Origin: a virus
Virus genome (UHGV): UHGV-1366629
Length of the DNA: 40,625 nt
Strand: one strand, 5' to 3'
In this document: in pieces, positions 8,885 through 17,783 of the stretch
Numbering within the stretch: position 1 is the stretch's first letter
How the letters are laid out: every line of letters begins with the position of its first letter
The notes under the pieces: generated by a model
Seen by the model: only the letters and a program-made list of their open reading frames with translations
What the model was told of the DNA's origin: nothing
Databases searched by the model: none
Position numbers and translations under genes: made by a program

Positions 8885-9085
8885 ATGAAATTATATTTAA
8901 TTGAAAAAGTACCATTAAAGAAAGGTACAGAAATTATTTTGGCCGATGTGGTACAAGACTTAAAAGGAGCATGTACAATGCTTGGTGTTTCTGAGCGTAC
9001 ATTTTACAGACATTTAGAAAAAGGCGAGTCAAAAGGCTACAAAATAAGTAATATGAAACCACAAGTCATTAGAGTATATAAATAG
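8885..9085 (+). CDS. small helix-turn-helix DNA-binding protein (excisionase/AlpA-like HTH), first gene of early operon
   Basis: 66 aa; LKGACTMLGVSERTFYRHLEKG HTH signature; RBS gaaaggaag. Confidence 0.55.
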   Translation: MKLYLIEKVPLKKGTEIILADVVQDLKGACTMLGVSERTFYRHLEKGESKGYKISNMKPQVIRVYK

Positions 9086-9100
9086 AAAGGAAGACACCCA

Positions 9101-10861
9101 TTGGAAAAATTTGACAACCCACTAGACGAGTTTACAACTGAAGTTGAAGTAATGAGCGCTGAAGAAATGGAAAAATTTAGAGAAAAACTCAGAAACGAAC
9201 AATCACAACTATTATCAACCGAACCAATTGAAATACCCGAACATTTAGAACAAGAGGGCGAGAAACAACTTGCTGAATACGAATATAATCGAAGTCATTT
9301 AACAGTAAATATTTTAGACTATCACAGTCCTGAATACCCTGAACAACTATTTAAAGACTTAAAACGAACGGGAATTATTAAATATAATGAAAATAAAAAA
9401 ACAGGTGAATTACTACCTTATATTGATGACGTATCGTTACTAGGTCAAATGATAGCTGAACAAGGCCATTTAATGTATAATGACGAAACAGGACTGGTTA
9501 TTTACGAACCTGAAAATCTAATATGGAAAATTGACAAGAAAGCAATTGAGAAATTAGTAACGGGTGCAATTGTCAACCCATTATTAAGAGCCGTTAAAAT
9601 ACCAATCAAGCAACAAAACGAACTAATTACGGCCATTGAGCGACAAGTTACCTATGTTACACCAAGCGAAAACCCTTTTGTAGGCCAACGTGAATATATT
9701 ATTCCATTTACTAAAACATTTAACGTACACACAAATGAATTTCAAGAGGCCAAAGGCGATGACTATGTTTTGGGAAGACTGAAACACACACCTATTAAAT
9801 ATGACCTAAGCGAAAAACAACCCTTTGAGGACTGGTTAGAGTTCTTGTTAGGTGACAGTAAACGAACATTTTTAGAATTTTTAGGACTATCATTCTTTAA
9901 TAAGGCAAGTCTTTCTCAATCGGCATTAGTATCGGTAGGGAACACTTTACAAGGCATTAGTGACCATGGGAACGGAAAATCTGAGGTTCAATTAGTGGTA
10001 AAACGCTGTTTTGAAACAATCGGAAAAGACTTACAAGCCGAGGTATCACTTGCAGACATTACTAGTCAAAGTCCTGAAACAAAACTAATGCCTTTAGTAG
10101 GTGCTTTAGTGAACTTTGATGATGATGTTAAAACGAACTATTTAGAAAACATTGAGTCACTTAAAAAATTAATCACTGGTCAAGCTCAACAAAAAGCCCG
10201 TAACTTATACAGCGATGGCATGATGTTCCAGAACAAAGCGAACTTTTGGTTAAATGCTAACCAATTACCCCAACTAAGTTCACGAGATGGAGCAACCGAG
10301 CGGCGATTAGATTTGTTGGTATTTCAGAACAATATGAGAGATGTGGAAAATCAAAAAAAATCACTTGAAATTTACGACTACAAAGAGAAATTACTAGGCA
10401 AAGATGACACTGACATACGTAAATTAATTTATTTAGCCATTCAAACAGCTCGTAATAAGTGGTATGATGAAACAAAAGGCCATTTCAACCAAAATCAGTT
10501 ATATCAATCAGAAACAGCGTTACGACTAAAAGGCGAATGGCAAACAGAAAACAACCCAGTAAAACAGTTCTTAAACGATAGCGATTATATTATGACGAAT
10601 AACGAAAGCGATTTTGTAAACCGTAGTGACTTATATAATGACTTTAAAGAATGGTGGGCGGAAAACAACTCGGCTAAAGTATTGAAACACGCTTCATTTA
10701 GAAAACTGGTTTATCATGAACTAGAATTGAAGCAAGTAAAAGGTAGATTGAACAATGGCGACATTGAGAAAAAACACCAACTAGGCAAAGTACGAGTATT
10801 TTATGGAATCAAACATTTAGAAAACGGCATACCTGAATCAGATAAAGAACTACCATTTTAA
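9101..10861 (+). CDS. replicative helicase, phage/plasmid primase P4-family C-terminal / D5-like SF3 helicase domain (TTG start)
   Basis: P-loop ISDHGNGKSE; downstream block KKLITGQAQQKARNLYSDGMMFQNKANFWLNANQLPQLSSRDGATERRLDLLVF resembles the P4-family primase C-terminal motif (lTGgD.i.ar...N.lP...D.a..RR..iipF). Confidence 0.7.
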   Translation: MEKFDNPLDEFTTEVEVMSAEEMEKFREKLRNEQSQLLSTEPIEIPEHLEQEGEKQLAEYEYNRSHLTVNILDYHSPEYPEQLFKDLKRTGIIKYNENKKTGELLPYIDDVSLLGQMIAEQGHLMYNDETGLVIYEPENLIWKIDKKAIEKLVTGAIVNPLLRAVKIPIKQQNELITAIERQVTYVTPSENPFVGQREYIIPFTKTFNVHTNEFQEAKGDDYVLGRLKHTPIKYDLSEKQPFEDWLEFLLGDSKRTFLEFLGLSFFNKASLSQSALVSVGNTLQGISDHGNGKSEVQLVVKRCFETIGKDLQAEVSLADITSQSPETKLMPLVGALVNFDDDVKTNYLENIESLKKLITGQAQQKARNLYSDGMMFQNKANFWLNANQLPQLSSRDGATERRLDLLVFQNNMRDVENQKKSLEIYDYKEKLLGKDDTDIRKLIYLAIQTARNKWYDETKGHFNQNQLYQSETALRLKGEWQTENNPVKQFLNDSDYIMTNNESDFVNRSDLYNDFKEWWAENNSAKVLKHASFRKLVYHELELKQVKGRLNNGDIEKKHQLGKVRVFYGIKHLENGIPESDKELPF

Positions 10862-10880
10862 AATAAGGAGAATGATAAAA

Positions 10881-11156
10881 ATGAATGAAAATGATATTAA
10901 ATTAGCCCTAGCACGGGATATTATGACTAAAACAATTAAGGAATCAGAGAACGCACCATTTTATATTAATAAACAAACTTTTGCCAAAGACGAGGCTATC
11001 GCAATTGCTCATACTATCCGAACACAACTAAAAGACTTACTGTATATTAGTATTTTACAAACTGTAGAATTACCGCAAGAAGAAGTTGAAAAGTTCAATA
11101 AACAAATTAACAGCTTAGAATATGATATGATACTAGCTATTTCTGAAAATTGGTAA
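10881..11156 (+). CDS. hypothetical protein (ATG 10881 preferred over 10872 on RBS spacing)
   Basis: AAGGAGA RBS 10865-10870; 91 aa. Confidence 0.6.
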   Translation: MNENDIKLALARDIMTKTIKESENAPFYINKQTFAKDEAIAIAHTIRTQLKDLLYISILQTVELPQEEVEKFNKQINSLEYDMILAISENW

Positions 11157-11164
11157 AATAATTT

Positions 11165-11214
11165 GAAAAAAGTTGACTAAAAGGGTTGACTTTTTTCTTT
11201 TTATTGATTATTAT
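11165..11214 (+). terminator. hairpin + T-run terminator with embedded -35 boxes, followed by -10 TATTAT (terminator-promoter cassette)
   Basis: gaaaaaagttgac-taaaagg-gttgacttttttc ttttt; ttgact(11186)-17-tattat(11209). Confidence 0.55.
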
Positions 11215-11247
11215 TAACTTATAAATAAGAGAGAGGAAGTATTAACA

Positions 11248-11712
11248 ATGAAATTCACAACACAACGAGAAATTAGAGAAACAGCGGGACAACGCAAGAA
11301 ACACGTCACTCAATTCACACCAGTAGAAAGACACGACTTAGAAAAAGTAACTCGCAAAGTGTTACGAAAATGGTTGAAACATGGTATTGCCACAACGAAA
11401 CACTTGAAAAATAAAGTAATTAATCACGAAACACAATTCTCATATCGCTTAACAATGGAAACAATGCTAAACCATGACATTATTGAGTATAATGTGACTG
11501 GCTCAGATAGACGGGTTGTATTACGTTCCAAAACACCTCATTCAATTATGTCAGTTGGTAATTTAGGGGTGCAATGTATTGTAATTTCTATAAACAGTGG
11601 AAAAGTCGTTACTAGTTACATTAATTTATTAGAGGACGACCATAAAACACTAGATACTAGACGATATGACAAACATTTAAAAATTAATTTAGAAAATGTG
11701 TTGACAAGATAA
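11248..11712 (+). CDS. hypothetical protein, basic
   Basis: 154 aa ORF with RBS agagaggaag. Confidence 0.6.
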   Translation: MKFTTQREIRETAGQRKKHVTQFTPVERHDLEKVTRKVLRKWLKHGIATTKHLKNKVINHETQFSYRLTMETMLNHDIIEYNVTGSDRRVVLRSKTPHSIMSVGNLGVQCIVISINSGKVVTSYINLLEDDHKTLDTRRYDKHLKINLENVLTR

Positions 11713-11729
11713 AAAAAGTTTGATATAGT
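11701..11729 (+). promoter_or_regulatory. sigma-A promoter TTGACA-17-TATAGT with conserved leader TAATTCATAAGATAAAGGGAGG
   Basis: ttgacaagataaaaaaagtttgatatagt. Confidence 0.65.
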
Positions 11730-11760
11730 TAATTCATAAGATAAAGGGAGGAATTAAACA

Positions 11761-11949
11761 ATGATAACTAAAGAAAATTACGAAAACGTATTACAAAAAT
11801 TAAACGAAAGATTTGACAAATTAAAAGCTGAAATGATTGAAGCATACGAGAAAGGAGATAACGAAAAAGGCCATAGATTAAACGACAGACTAGAAATGAT
11901 GTTAGATGCGATTTTACAAACTGAAACGGTATTAGATAAATTTAAATAA
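11761..11949 (+). CDS. hypothetical small protein (coiled-coil)
   Basis: 62 aa, RBS aagggagg. Confidence 0.6.
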   Translation: MITKENYENVLQKLNERFDKLKAEMIEAYEKGDNEKGHRLNDRLEMMLDAILQTETVLDKFK

Positions 11950-11963
11950 AATTAAAAAAGGGG

Positions 11964-11992
11964 TTGACAAGTTCAGCCCCAACTGATATACT
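11964..11992 (+). promoter_or_regulatory. sigma-A promoter TTGACA-17-TATACT (spacer forms a GGGG..CCCC hairpin)
   Basis: ttgacaagttcagccccaactgatatact; leader gcataagataaagagagg. Confidence 0.65.
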
Positions 11993-12025
11993 AAGTGCAT
12001 AAGATAAAGAGAGGAAGTAATTAAC

Positions 12026-12211
12026 ATGAGAAAAGTCAAAAATTGGACGTATGAAAGAGGTATGCAACGTTTATCTTGGTGGAAAGAAGAGGGTTCTGAA
12101 GTTAAGACAAGTAAAGGTATTGACTGCATTCATTGTTTTAGAGATGGTAAGTATATCGGAACAATGGACGATAAAAACCACGTTGGCGGCTACACATTAC
12201 AGTTAAAATAG
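12026..12211 (+). CDS. hypothetical small protein
   Basis: 61 aa; RBS agagaggaag. Confidence 0.55.
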   Translation: MRKVKNWTYERGMQRLSWWKEEGSEVKTSKGIDCIHCFRDGKYIGTMDDKNHVGGYTLQLK

Positions 12212-12224
12212 GGGGAATAGAAAA

Positions 12225-12446
12225 ATGACAGTAGAACAATTAGTTTATTCAATTGAGAACACTCTTGATACATGCTATATTTTTAAAGGGGTAGATTTAG
12301 TAATTGCCGCAGATATTCACACAGACAACAAAGGTATCAAAGGTTATTTTGATTGTAAGGTTAAAAATTTCAATTTAGAATTACTTAGTGAAAATTGGTA
12401 CGGTGAAATTTACAATTTAAATATTGCACTAGAGGAGGAAAAATAA
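12225..12446 (+). CDS. hypothetical small protein
   Basis: 73 aa; RBS ggggga. Confidence 0.55.
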   Translation: MTVEQLVYSIENTLDTCYIFKGVDLVIAADIHTDNKGIKGYFDCKVKNFNLELLSENWYGEIYNLNIALEEEK

Positions 12447-12447
12447 A

Positions 12448-12657
12448 ATGATTGAACTACCATATGAAGTTAAATTAAAGATAGTTATTGACGATTTAAA
12501 CATTAAATGCACTAATTTACAAAGAGCAAAACTTGACGCAGACATTACAGGCGCAGAATGGCAAAGATTAGATACCAAGCTTAAAGAAGCACGTAGAAAA
12601 CGAGAATGGGCTTACGTAGAATTGCACAAATTGGAGGAACAACTAAATGAAGAATAA
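12448..12657 (+). CDS. hypothetical small coiled-coil protein
   Basis: 69 aa; RBS agaggagg. Confidence 0.55.
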   Translation: MIELPYEVKLKIVIDDLNIKCTNLQRAKLDADITGAEWQRLDTKLKEARRKREWAYVELHKLEEQLNEE

Positions 12658-13039
12658 ACACACTAAGTATTTATTGAAAGTTAACACTAAAATTAAACGT
12701 ATGCAAGCTGAACTTGAAAAGTATGACTATTGGGAGGTCAAAATAACTCACCGAAACCGTGGTAAATTTCATTGGGAGGGTTACGCCTTAGACCGTAAAA
12801 AAGCTTATGAAACGGCTTTAGAGGACTTGTCATATATTGATATTTTCGGCAATAAGGAGCATATTACAATCGAACCAGAGGACATTACTGAAATGGAAAC
12901 TATCAAATCAGTAAAACCAACACGAGAAAACCTTAAAAAAGTAAGTAAAGAACAATTTCAATGGGGTCTATTCTGTGGAGTGTTCGCAAGTTGTATTGTC
13001 GTTTTAATTGGTATTGTAGTAATGGGAGGTATGCACTAA
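12647..13039 (+). CDS. hypothetical protein with C-terminal transmembrane anchor
   Basis: 130 aa; C-term GLFCGVFASCIVVLIGIVVMGG. Confidence 0.55.
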   Translation: MKNKHTKYLLKVNTKIKRMQAELEKYDYWEVKITHRNRGKFHWEGYALDRKKAYETALEDLSYIDIFGNKEHITIEPEDITEMETIKSVKPTRENLKKVSKEQFQWGLFCGVFASCIVVLIGIVVMGGMH

Positions 13040-13380
13040 TGATTGAACATATCATACTTGGTTATTTTGTGGTTACTTGGGTAGTCCTATGTTCATGGTT
13101 ATGGTTTGCTAAGGAGTCATTTGACGGCCTTGAGTTGTTCTTTGCTTTATTCCTATGGCCTTTGACTGTTCCACTAAGTCTAGCTCATGATTATGTACGC
13201 TATCGATTTAATATCAAGGTAAAACGTTTTAAAGAGTATCCTGAACTAACTAAAATACTATTTATTAAAAACGCTGGGTTTAGAAACACATTAACCTATA
13301 AATATTGGTTCGTTTTTAGTCCTAGAAAAATAATTTTGAAAAAATATTATAAAACGCTTGACAAAATGGAAAAAGAGTAG
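13039..13380 (+). CDS. hypothetical membrane protein (2 predicted TM helices)
   Basis: ATG 13039 overlapping upstream stop (TAATG), RBS ggagg; IILGYFVVTWVVLCSWLW...LFFALFLWPLTVPL. Confidence 0.55.
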   Translation: MIEHIILGYFVVTWVVLCSWLWFAKESFDGLELFFALFLWPLTVPLSLAHDYVRYRFNIKVKRFKEYPELTKILFIKNAGFRNTLTYKYWFVFSPRKIILKKYYKTLDKMEKE

Positions 13381-13386
13381 TATATT
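13358..13386 (+). promoter_or_regulatory. sigma-A promoter TTGACA-17-TATATT with leader AAATATATCAAATAGAGAAAGAGG (duplicated at 14199)
   Basis: ttgacaaaatggaaaaagagtagtatatt. Confidence 0.6.
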
Positions 13387-13418
13387 AAATATATCAAATA
13401 GAGAAAGAGGTTAGAGAA

Positions 13419-14192
13419 ATGGAAACGTATATCAAATTAGTAAAGGTGTTCCCCGTAGATATTGCAAATGGTCACTATGTAAATGACGTGTTGAAAGTAG
13501 TTCGTTACTTTAGCGCTGGTTGTGTTGCTGAAGATAAGCAAGGGCGAGAAACACCGTTTAAAGCTGAGCAGTATGAAACATTGCCAAAATATAAGATAGT
13601 AGAGGATAAAAACGATAATTACGCTTTGCATGGTTTTGCAATTGGGGCGATTGTTCATTTACTTGACACCAATACCGTTAACCCAAAATATAAGAGAATG
13701 TTCGGTAAGGGCGTTCATGGTCAATTAACCACTCAGTTAGTACATGAAAATTTATTAGAACCAGTACACGACCAAAAGGAGGAAAAACAAGTGAAATATA
13801 CGGAAAAAGACATTAAAGAGGGTATGCAATTACGTTGTACTGATGGAGGTCGCTCTTGTTTTTGGGAAGTTGGTAAAATTTATACAGTAACTAAACTCAA
13901 TAATGGTCAAATTGGTTTTCACGGCGATGAAATGTTGGGTAGAACCAGCCGCAATGCAAAAGATATTGCTAACTATTTAAACGGCGAATTGAACGCAAAA
14001 TTTGAACTGGTAGGTCAAACGAATGACCTTAAAACGAAAGTAGAGGCTAAAATTGAAGAGTTACGCAAAGAAAAATACCATTTACATGATAAACGAGAAC
14101 GATTATTAAAACAAGAAACTGCTTTGAATGATAAAATTATTCGATTGAGTAAGGCTTTAGCGGCGGTTGACGTTTTACAAGAATTTGAATAA
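13419..14192 (+). CDS. paralog 1 of tandem family: barrel module (IKEGMQLRCTDGG...W.VGKIY.V) + C-terminal coiled coil
   Basis: 257 aa; module shared with 14260..15351 and degenerate copy in 15428..16258. Confidence 0.6.
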   Translation: METYIKLVKVFPVDIANGHYVNDVLKVVRYFSAGCVAEDKQGRETPFKAEQYETLPKYKIVEDKNDNYALHGFAIGAIVHLLDTNTVNPKYKRMFGKGVHGQLTTQLVHENLLEPVHDQKEEKQVKYTEKDIKEGMQLRCTDGGRSCFWEVGKIYTVTKLNNGQIGFHGDEMLGRTSRNAKDIANYLNGELNAKFELVGQTNDLKTKVEAKIEELRKEKYHLHDKRERLLKQETALNDKIIRLSKALAAVDVLQEFE

Positions 14193-14198
14193 AAAGTG

Positions 14199-14227
14199 TT
14201 GACAAAATAAAAAGGTTGCGGTATATT
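14199..14227 (+). promoter_or_regulatory. sigma-A promoter TTGACA-17-TATATT, duplicate of 13358 promoter/leader
   Basis: ttgacaaaataaaaaggttgcggtatatt + aaatatatcaaatatagaaagagg. Confidence 0.6.
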
Positions 14228-14259
14228 AAATATATCAAATATAGAAAGAGGTAATGAAC

Positions 14260-15351
14260 ATGAAAGAGTATAAGAACAAAGAAATTAAAGAGGGTATGCA
14301 ATTACGATGTACAGATAACGGCGGTTGGGAGCATTGGACTGTAGGCAAGGTTTATATCGTATTTAAAAACATGATGGGACTCTTGGTTATTCAGTCAGAC
14401 ACAGGCGGACAACGCAATGTAACTGATATTGTTCAATATTTAAATGGTGTAGCAAAAGCAAAATTTGAATTATTAAATGAGGAGGATAATAAAAATATGT
14501 ATACAGTAGGGGACTTAGTTAAGATTAATGACGATTTACGGGCTGGGTGTGAATATAACGTTTATTGTAACGATGACATGGAAACATACCGAGGTAAAAA
14601 AGCCGTGATTGTTGATGTTCATACTGATAAAACTCTATGGGAGAATGAAAGAAAAATTTACAAATTGCAAGATATGAATGGTGAAACTATCGAGTGGTCA
14701 TTTACTGATGATATGTTTAAAATCACTACAAACACTAACGAACCACCATTTAAGGTAGGCGATACAGTACGAGTATTAAACAATGCCACTTTAGCAAGTA
14801 AGGCCGATGGTAATTTTTATAGAACTGGTGATATTGATGTTGTCGGATATGTTGAATGTTACAAAAATTCAAAAGGCGGTCGTATTCGATTAGGTACACA
14901 TGGTTCAGCTAACTGGATACATTTTGACATGATTGAATTAGTTGAGGAAGCGCCAGAAAAACTAGGATACTTCAAATGTACAGCTGGTTCAATGTTTTGG
15001 TCTAAAGGAAAAATTTACCCCGTTTCATATGACGAAAACGCAAAATTATACACAATTGCGGACGATGACGGCGATGAACGAGCAGAGCCAACACTTGAGT
15101 TATTAATTCAATACGCCACTCATAAAATTAACGCCACTATGATTTATATGAATGACACCAAAGAGGATAAAGAGGCTAATAAAGACATTAATAAAGTAAG
15201 TGACTTGTTACAGACTAAAATTGATGAATTAACAACCCAAGCCGAACACCTATTTAAAAAACGTGACCGATTAGATGAACACGCTAAAAATTTAAATGCA
15301 AAAGCTCGCCGATTGGAAGAAGTACGAGATGAATTGAATAAATTTAAATAA
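14260..15351 (+). CDS. paralog 2: two copies of barrel module plus KOW/SH3-like VGDxV(K/R)(I/V) repeats and C-terminal coiled coil
   Basis: start at 2nd ATG (14260) on RBS spacing; KEIKEGMQLRCTDNGGWEHWTVGKVY; second copy FKCTAGSMFWSKGKIYPV. Confidence 0.6.
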   Translation: MKEYKNKEIKEGMQLRCTDNGGWEHWTVGKVYIVFKNMMGLLVIQSDTGGQRNVTDIVQYLNGVAKAKFELLNEEDNKNMYTVGDLVKINDDLRAGCEYNVYCNDDMETYRGKKAVIVDVHTDKTLWENERKIYKLQDMNGETIEWSFTDDMFKITTNTNEPPFKVGDTVRVLNNATLASKADGNFYRTGDIDVVGYVECYKNSKGGRIRLGTHGSANWIHFDMIELVEEAPEKLGYFKCTAGSMFWSKGKIYPVSYDENAKLYTIADDDGDERAEPTLELLIQYATHKINATMIYMNDTKEDKEANKDINKVSDLLQTKIDELTTQAEHLFKKRDRLDEHAKNLNAKARRLEEVRDELNKFK

Positions 15352-15356
15352 AATGC

Positions 15357-15385
15357 TTGACAACTTGTGGGCTAGGTGATATACT
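15357..15385 (+). promoter_or_regulatory. sigma-A promoter TTGACA-17-TATACT
   Basis: ttgacaacttgtgggctaggtgatatact. Confidence 0.65.
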
Positions 15386-15427
15386 TAGTCCATGAGTTAA
15401 ATATAAAAAGAAAGAGGGAATTTAGAA

Positions 15428-16258
15428 ATGAGTAAAAAATTAGAAGTAGGTCAATATGTACGAGTAAAACAATTAACACCTGAGGAGCAATATGAGGGTA
15501 TTTATGTAACTCAGCACATGGCTAATTTAAGCGGAACAATTCAAAAAATTACTAACTTTATGGCGAGTCACACTGGTATTGCTATTGATGGTAGAATTTC
15601 GTTAACTAATGGTTGCGGCTATAATTGGTCTAAAGAAATGTTTACCTTAATTGAGGACTATGCCGACTTACAAGAGTTTGACGTTATTGAATGCCTTGAC
15701 AATGACCAAGATTCACGTTGGTTCACAATTGAGAAAGAATATACTGTTTTAGAAAATAACTATGGTCAATTATGTATTTATGATGATGAGGGCGACCACT
15801 GGGAATTAGAGGACGTTTTCCAAGACGATTATACTTTTAAATTTAAAGAAGTTTCTGTTCCCGTTGTAAATAATTCAGCTATTAAGTTATTAGAGGCAAA
15901 ACTTGAAAATAAACGTAGTGAGTTGCACATTAAAAAACAAGAGGTAAGTCGTATGAATGATATTATCACTGATTTAGAGGACGATATTTCAAAACAAAGA
16001 GTAAAACTTACCCAACTAAAACAAGATAAAGCGGAAAAGATGACTACAGGAGCGTTAGAGGTAGGCGAAAAATTCAACATGTACCGAGGAAACAACGAGG
16101 CTAAATATATGGTTATTAGTATGCCAAGCGGTGACTTTGGAATTTATAACCTACGTAGTCGAAAAGTGTTAGATATGAGTGTTGAAACATATGAAGAAGT
16201 TAAAAACTATTTTACTGAGTTATACCAAGATGATAAAATTAAAATTATCAAACAATAA
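15428..16258 (+). CDS. paralog 3 (divergent): N-terminal KOW/SH3-like VGQYVRV, barrel module, central coiled coil
   Basis: 276 aa; ECLDNDQDSRWFTIEKEYTV resembles the C..D...W...GK.Y.V module. Confidence 0.55.
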   Translation: MSKKLEVGQYVRVKQLTPEEQYEGIYVTQHMANLSGTIQKITNFMASHTGIAIDGRISLTNGCGYNWSKEMFTLIEDYADLQEFDVIECLDNDQDSRWFTIEKEYTVLENNYGQLCIYDDEGDHWELEDVFQDDYTFKFKEVSVPVVNNSAIKLLEAKLENKRSELHIKKQEVSRMNDIITDLEDDISKQRVKLTQLKQDKAEKMTTGALEVGEKFNMYRGNNEAKYMVISMPSGDFGIYNLRSRKVLDMSVETYEEVKNYFTELYQDDKIKIIKQ

Positions 16259-16271
16259 AGGAGTTAATAAA

Positions 16272-16568
16272 ATGGGAGTAACTATTTCAAGTAAAGCATA
16301 CCAACAATTACAAGAGAAATATGACAAGTTGCAAGAGGAATTTGAGAAATATAAACAACGTGATACCCCATTGAAACTAGGTACTGTGTTACTATGGAAA
16401 CCATTTGACGTTAAATACATGGTGATTATCCACCGACATGAGTTGTTTTTAGTTAATGTTAGTGGTACTGCTGATAACGGTCAGTTCTTCATTTCTAAAG
16501 GCTTACCTGAAAACACCACTTTAACCGAACTAGAAAGAGTAACAGGTGAAGAGTTTACACTTAGTTAA
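16272..16568 (+). CDS. hypothetical protein (coiled-coil N-terminus)
   Basis: ATG 16272 with RBS aaggag; 98 aa. Confidence 0.55.
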   Translation: MGVTISSKAYQQLQEKYDKLQEEFEKYKQRDTPLKLGTVLLWKPFDVKYMVIIHRHELFLVNVSGTADNGQFFISKGLPENTTLTELERVTGEEFTLS

Positions 16569-16576
16569 AACATTTC

Positions 16577-16625
16577 AGAAAGTTGACTAAAAACAGTTGA
16601 CTTTCTGAGTTACATATGGTATATT
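16577..16625 (+). terminator. terminator-promoter cassette: hairpin with embedded -35, then TGGTATATT
   Basis: agaaagttgac-taaaaaca-gttgactttct; ttgact(16597)-17-tatatt(16620). Confidence 0.55.
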
Positions 16626-16656
16626 AGTATCATAGAAAGAAGAAAGGACGGATACA

Positions 16657-16854
16657 ATGGGAAAAGCTGAGAACTTAATTCAGGAGATTTTAGCAAGTGA
16701 ATATGTAAAACAACACCAAGCGGAGGGCGCAATTAAACAATTAGACACAACTATAGCTCAACTCATGAGGGAAAAAAGAGAACGAGCTAAAGAATTACAA
16801 CGAATTGACACTACCATTGCTCAATATGAAACTCAATTAAAGGAGAATGAATAA
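16657..16854 (+). CDS. hypothetical small coiled-coil protein
   Basis: 65 aa; RBS gaaaggacgg. Confidence 0.55.
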   Translation: MGKAENLIQEILASEYVKQHQAEGAIKQLDTTIAQLMREKRERAKELQRIDTTIAQYETQLKENE

Positions 16855-17091
16855 ATGATTCCAATTGGCACTTATATGAGAGATTCTAATGGACTATATT
16901 TCTATAAAATCATTGACCATATTTTCATAAATGATTTTAAAATTAGAGGCTATACTTGCCTTTGCTGGGACGTTGAAATAGACTCAATTAGAGTAATGAA
17001 GTTTCACGAGCAAACAATGTTAACCGATAAAAAAATGAATAAAAATGAAGTACAAAAATTTGAGGAAAGACTAGGTGAAGTAAATGAATAA
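16855..17091 (+). CDS. hypothetical protein
   Basis: 78 aa; translationally coupled (TAAATG). Confidence 0.55.
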   Translation: MIPIGTYMRDSNGLYFYKIIDHIFINDFKIRGYTCLCWDVEIDSIRVMKFHEQTMLTDKKMNKNEVQKFEERLGEVNE

Positions 17092-17323
17092 TGACCAACG
17101 ATTAATTTTTACAGCAGTAGTTACTGACTTTTGTGAAGTGTTGAAAGATAACTATTTGAACGGTGAGCATAGTGAAGTATTAGAACGTGACTTTTATGAC
17201 TTTGTTACAGGTTTACAAACGATGTACGTTGTTATGAATGGGGTACTTGGTTTAGATGAAGTTGGAAAAATTGCTGGTGATATATGGGAAGCTACGAAAG
17301 GAAGTATTGAAAATGAAAGATAA
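17084..17323 (+). CDS. hypothetical protein
   Basis: 79 aa; overlapping start ATGAATAATGA. Confidence 0.55.
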   Translation: MNNDQRLIFTAVVTDFCEVLKDNYLNGEHSEVLERDFYDFVTGLQTMYVVMNGVLGLDEVGKIAGDIWEATKGSIENER

Positions 17324-17612
17324 TTTAATTGTAAGTTTGGTTATTGCTGGGTTAATCGGTTTTAGTGTAGCCTCATTTATGGATAACCGTGAAAAAAGTA
17401 GCAAACTTGATGAGTTGAAAAAGCAAAATGTAGAACTTATCAAAACTAAAAATATGTATGCTGGGTTGAATGACAGGCAAAAAGCTATTATTTTAGAGTA
17501 TAAACGATTGAGCGGTATTGAGGTTACAACGGTTACTAAAAATTTAGATAATGCCAAAAAGGCCAAAGAATTAGAGGAAAAAGTAAAGGATATTTTAGAG
17601 GGGTGGGAATAG
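17313..17612 (+). CDS. hypothetical protein with N-terminal TM helix
   Basis: ATG 17313, RBS gaaaggaag; LIVSLVIAGLIGFSVASF. Confidence 0.5.
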   Translation: MKDNLIVSLVIAGLIGFSVASFMDNREKSSKLDELKKQNVELIKTKNMYAGLNDRQKAIILEYKRLSGIEVTTVTKNLDNAKKAKELEEKVKDILEGWE

Positions 17613-17768
17613 ATGATTGAACGACAAAAGCAGTATAAGGCTTTAGTAACTAACCACAATGGAAATCAAGAAGTAATATACATTATTGCGTTTGATAAGG
17701 CTCATGCTATGATGATGTTAAACGAAATGCAAAATGTATTGTTTGTATTAGCTATAAAAGAATATTAA
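17613..17768 (+). CDS. hypothetical small protein (51 aa), not in the ORF track
   Basis: ATG 17613 after RBS gaggggtggg; MIERQKQYKALVTNHNGNQEVIYIIAFDKAHAMMMLNEMQNVLFVLAIKEY. Confidence 0.45.
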   Translation: MIERQKQYKALVTNHNGNQEVIYIIAFDKAHAMMMLNEMQNVLFVLAIKEY

Positions 17769-17783
17769 GGAGGAGCAAGCTAA

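Noticed and set aside
17252-17659. 135-aa minus-strand ORF and other antisense ORFs inside early genes (10257-10475, 13437-13658, 15829-16095, 16220-16420, 22164-22421, 25142-25416, 25845-26129)
   Set aside because: All lie antisense within plus-strand genes with good RBSs and promoters; translations are Phe/Ser/Ile-rich, as expected from AT-rich antisense DNA; no RBS.
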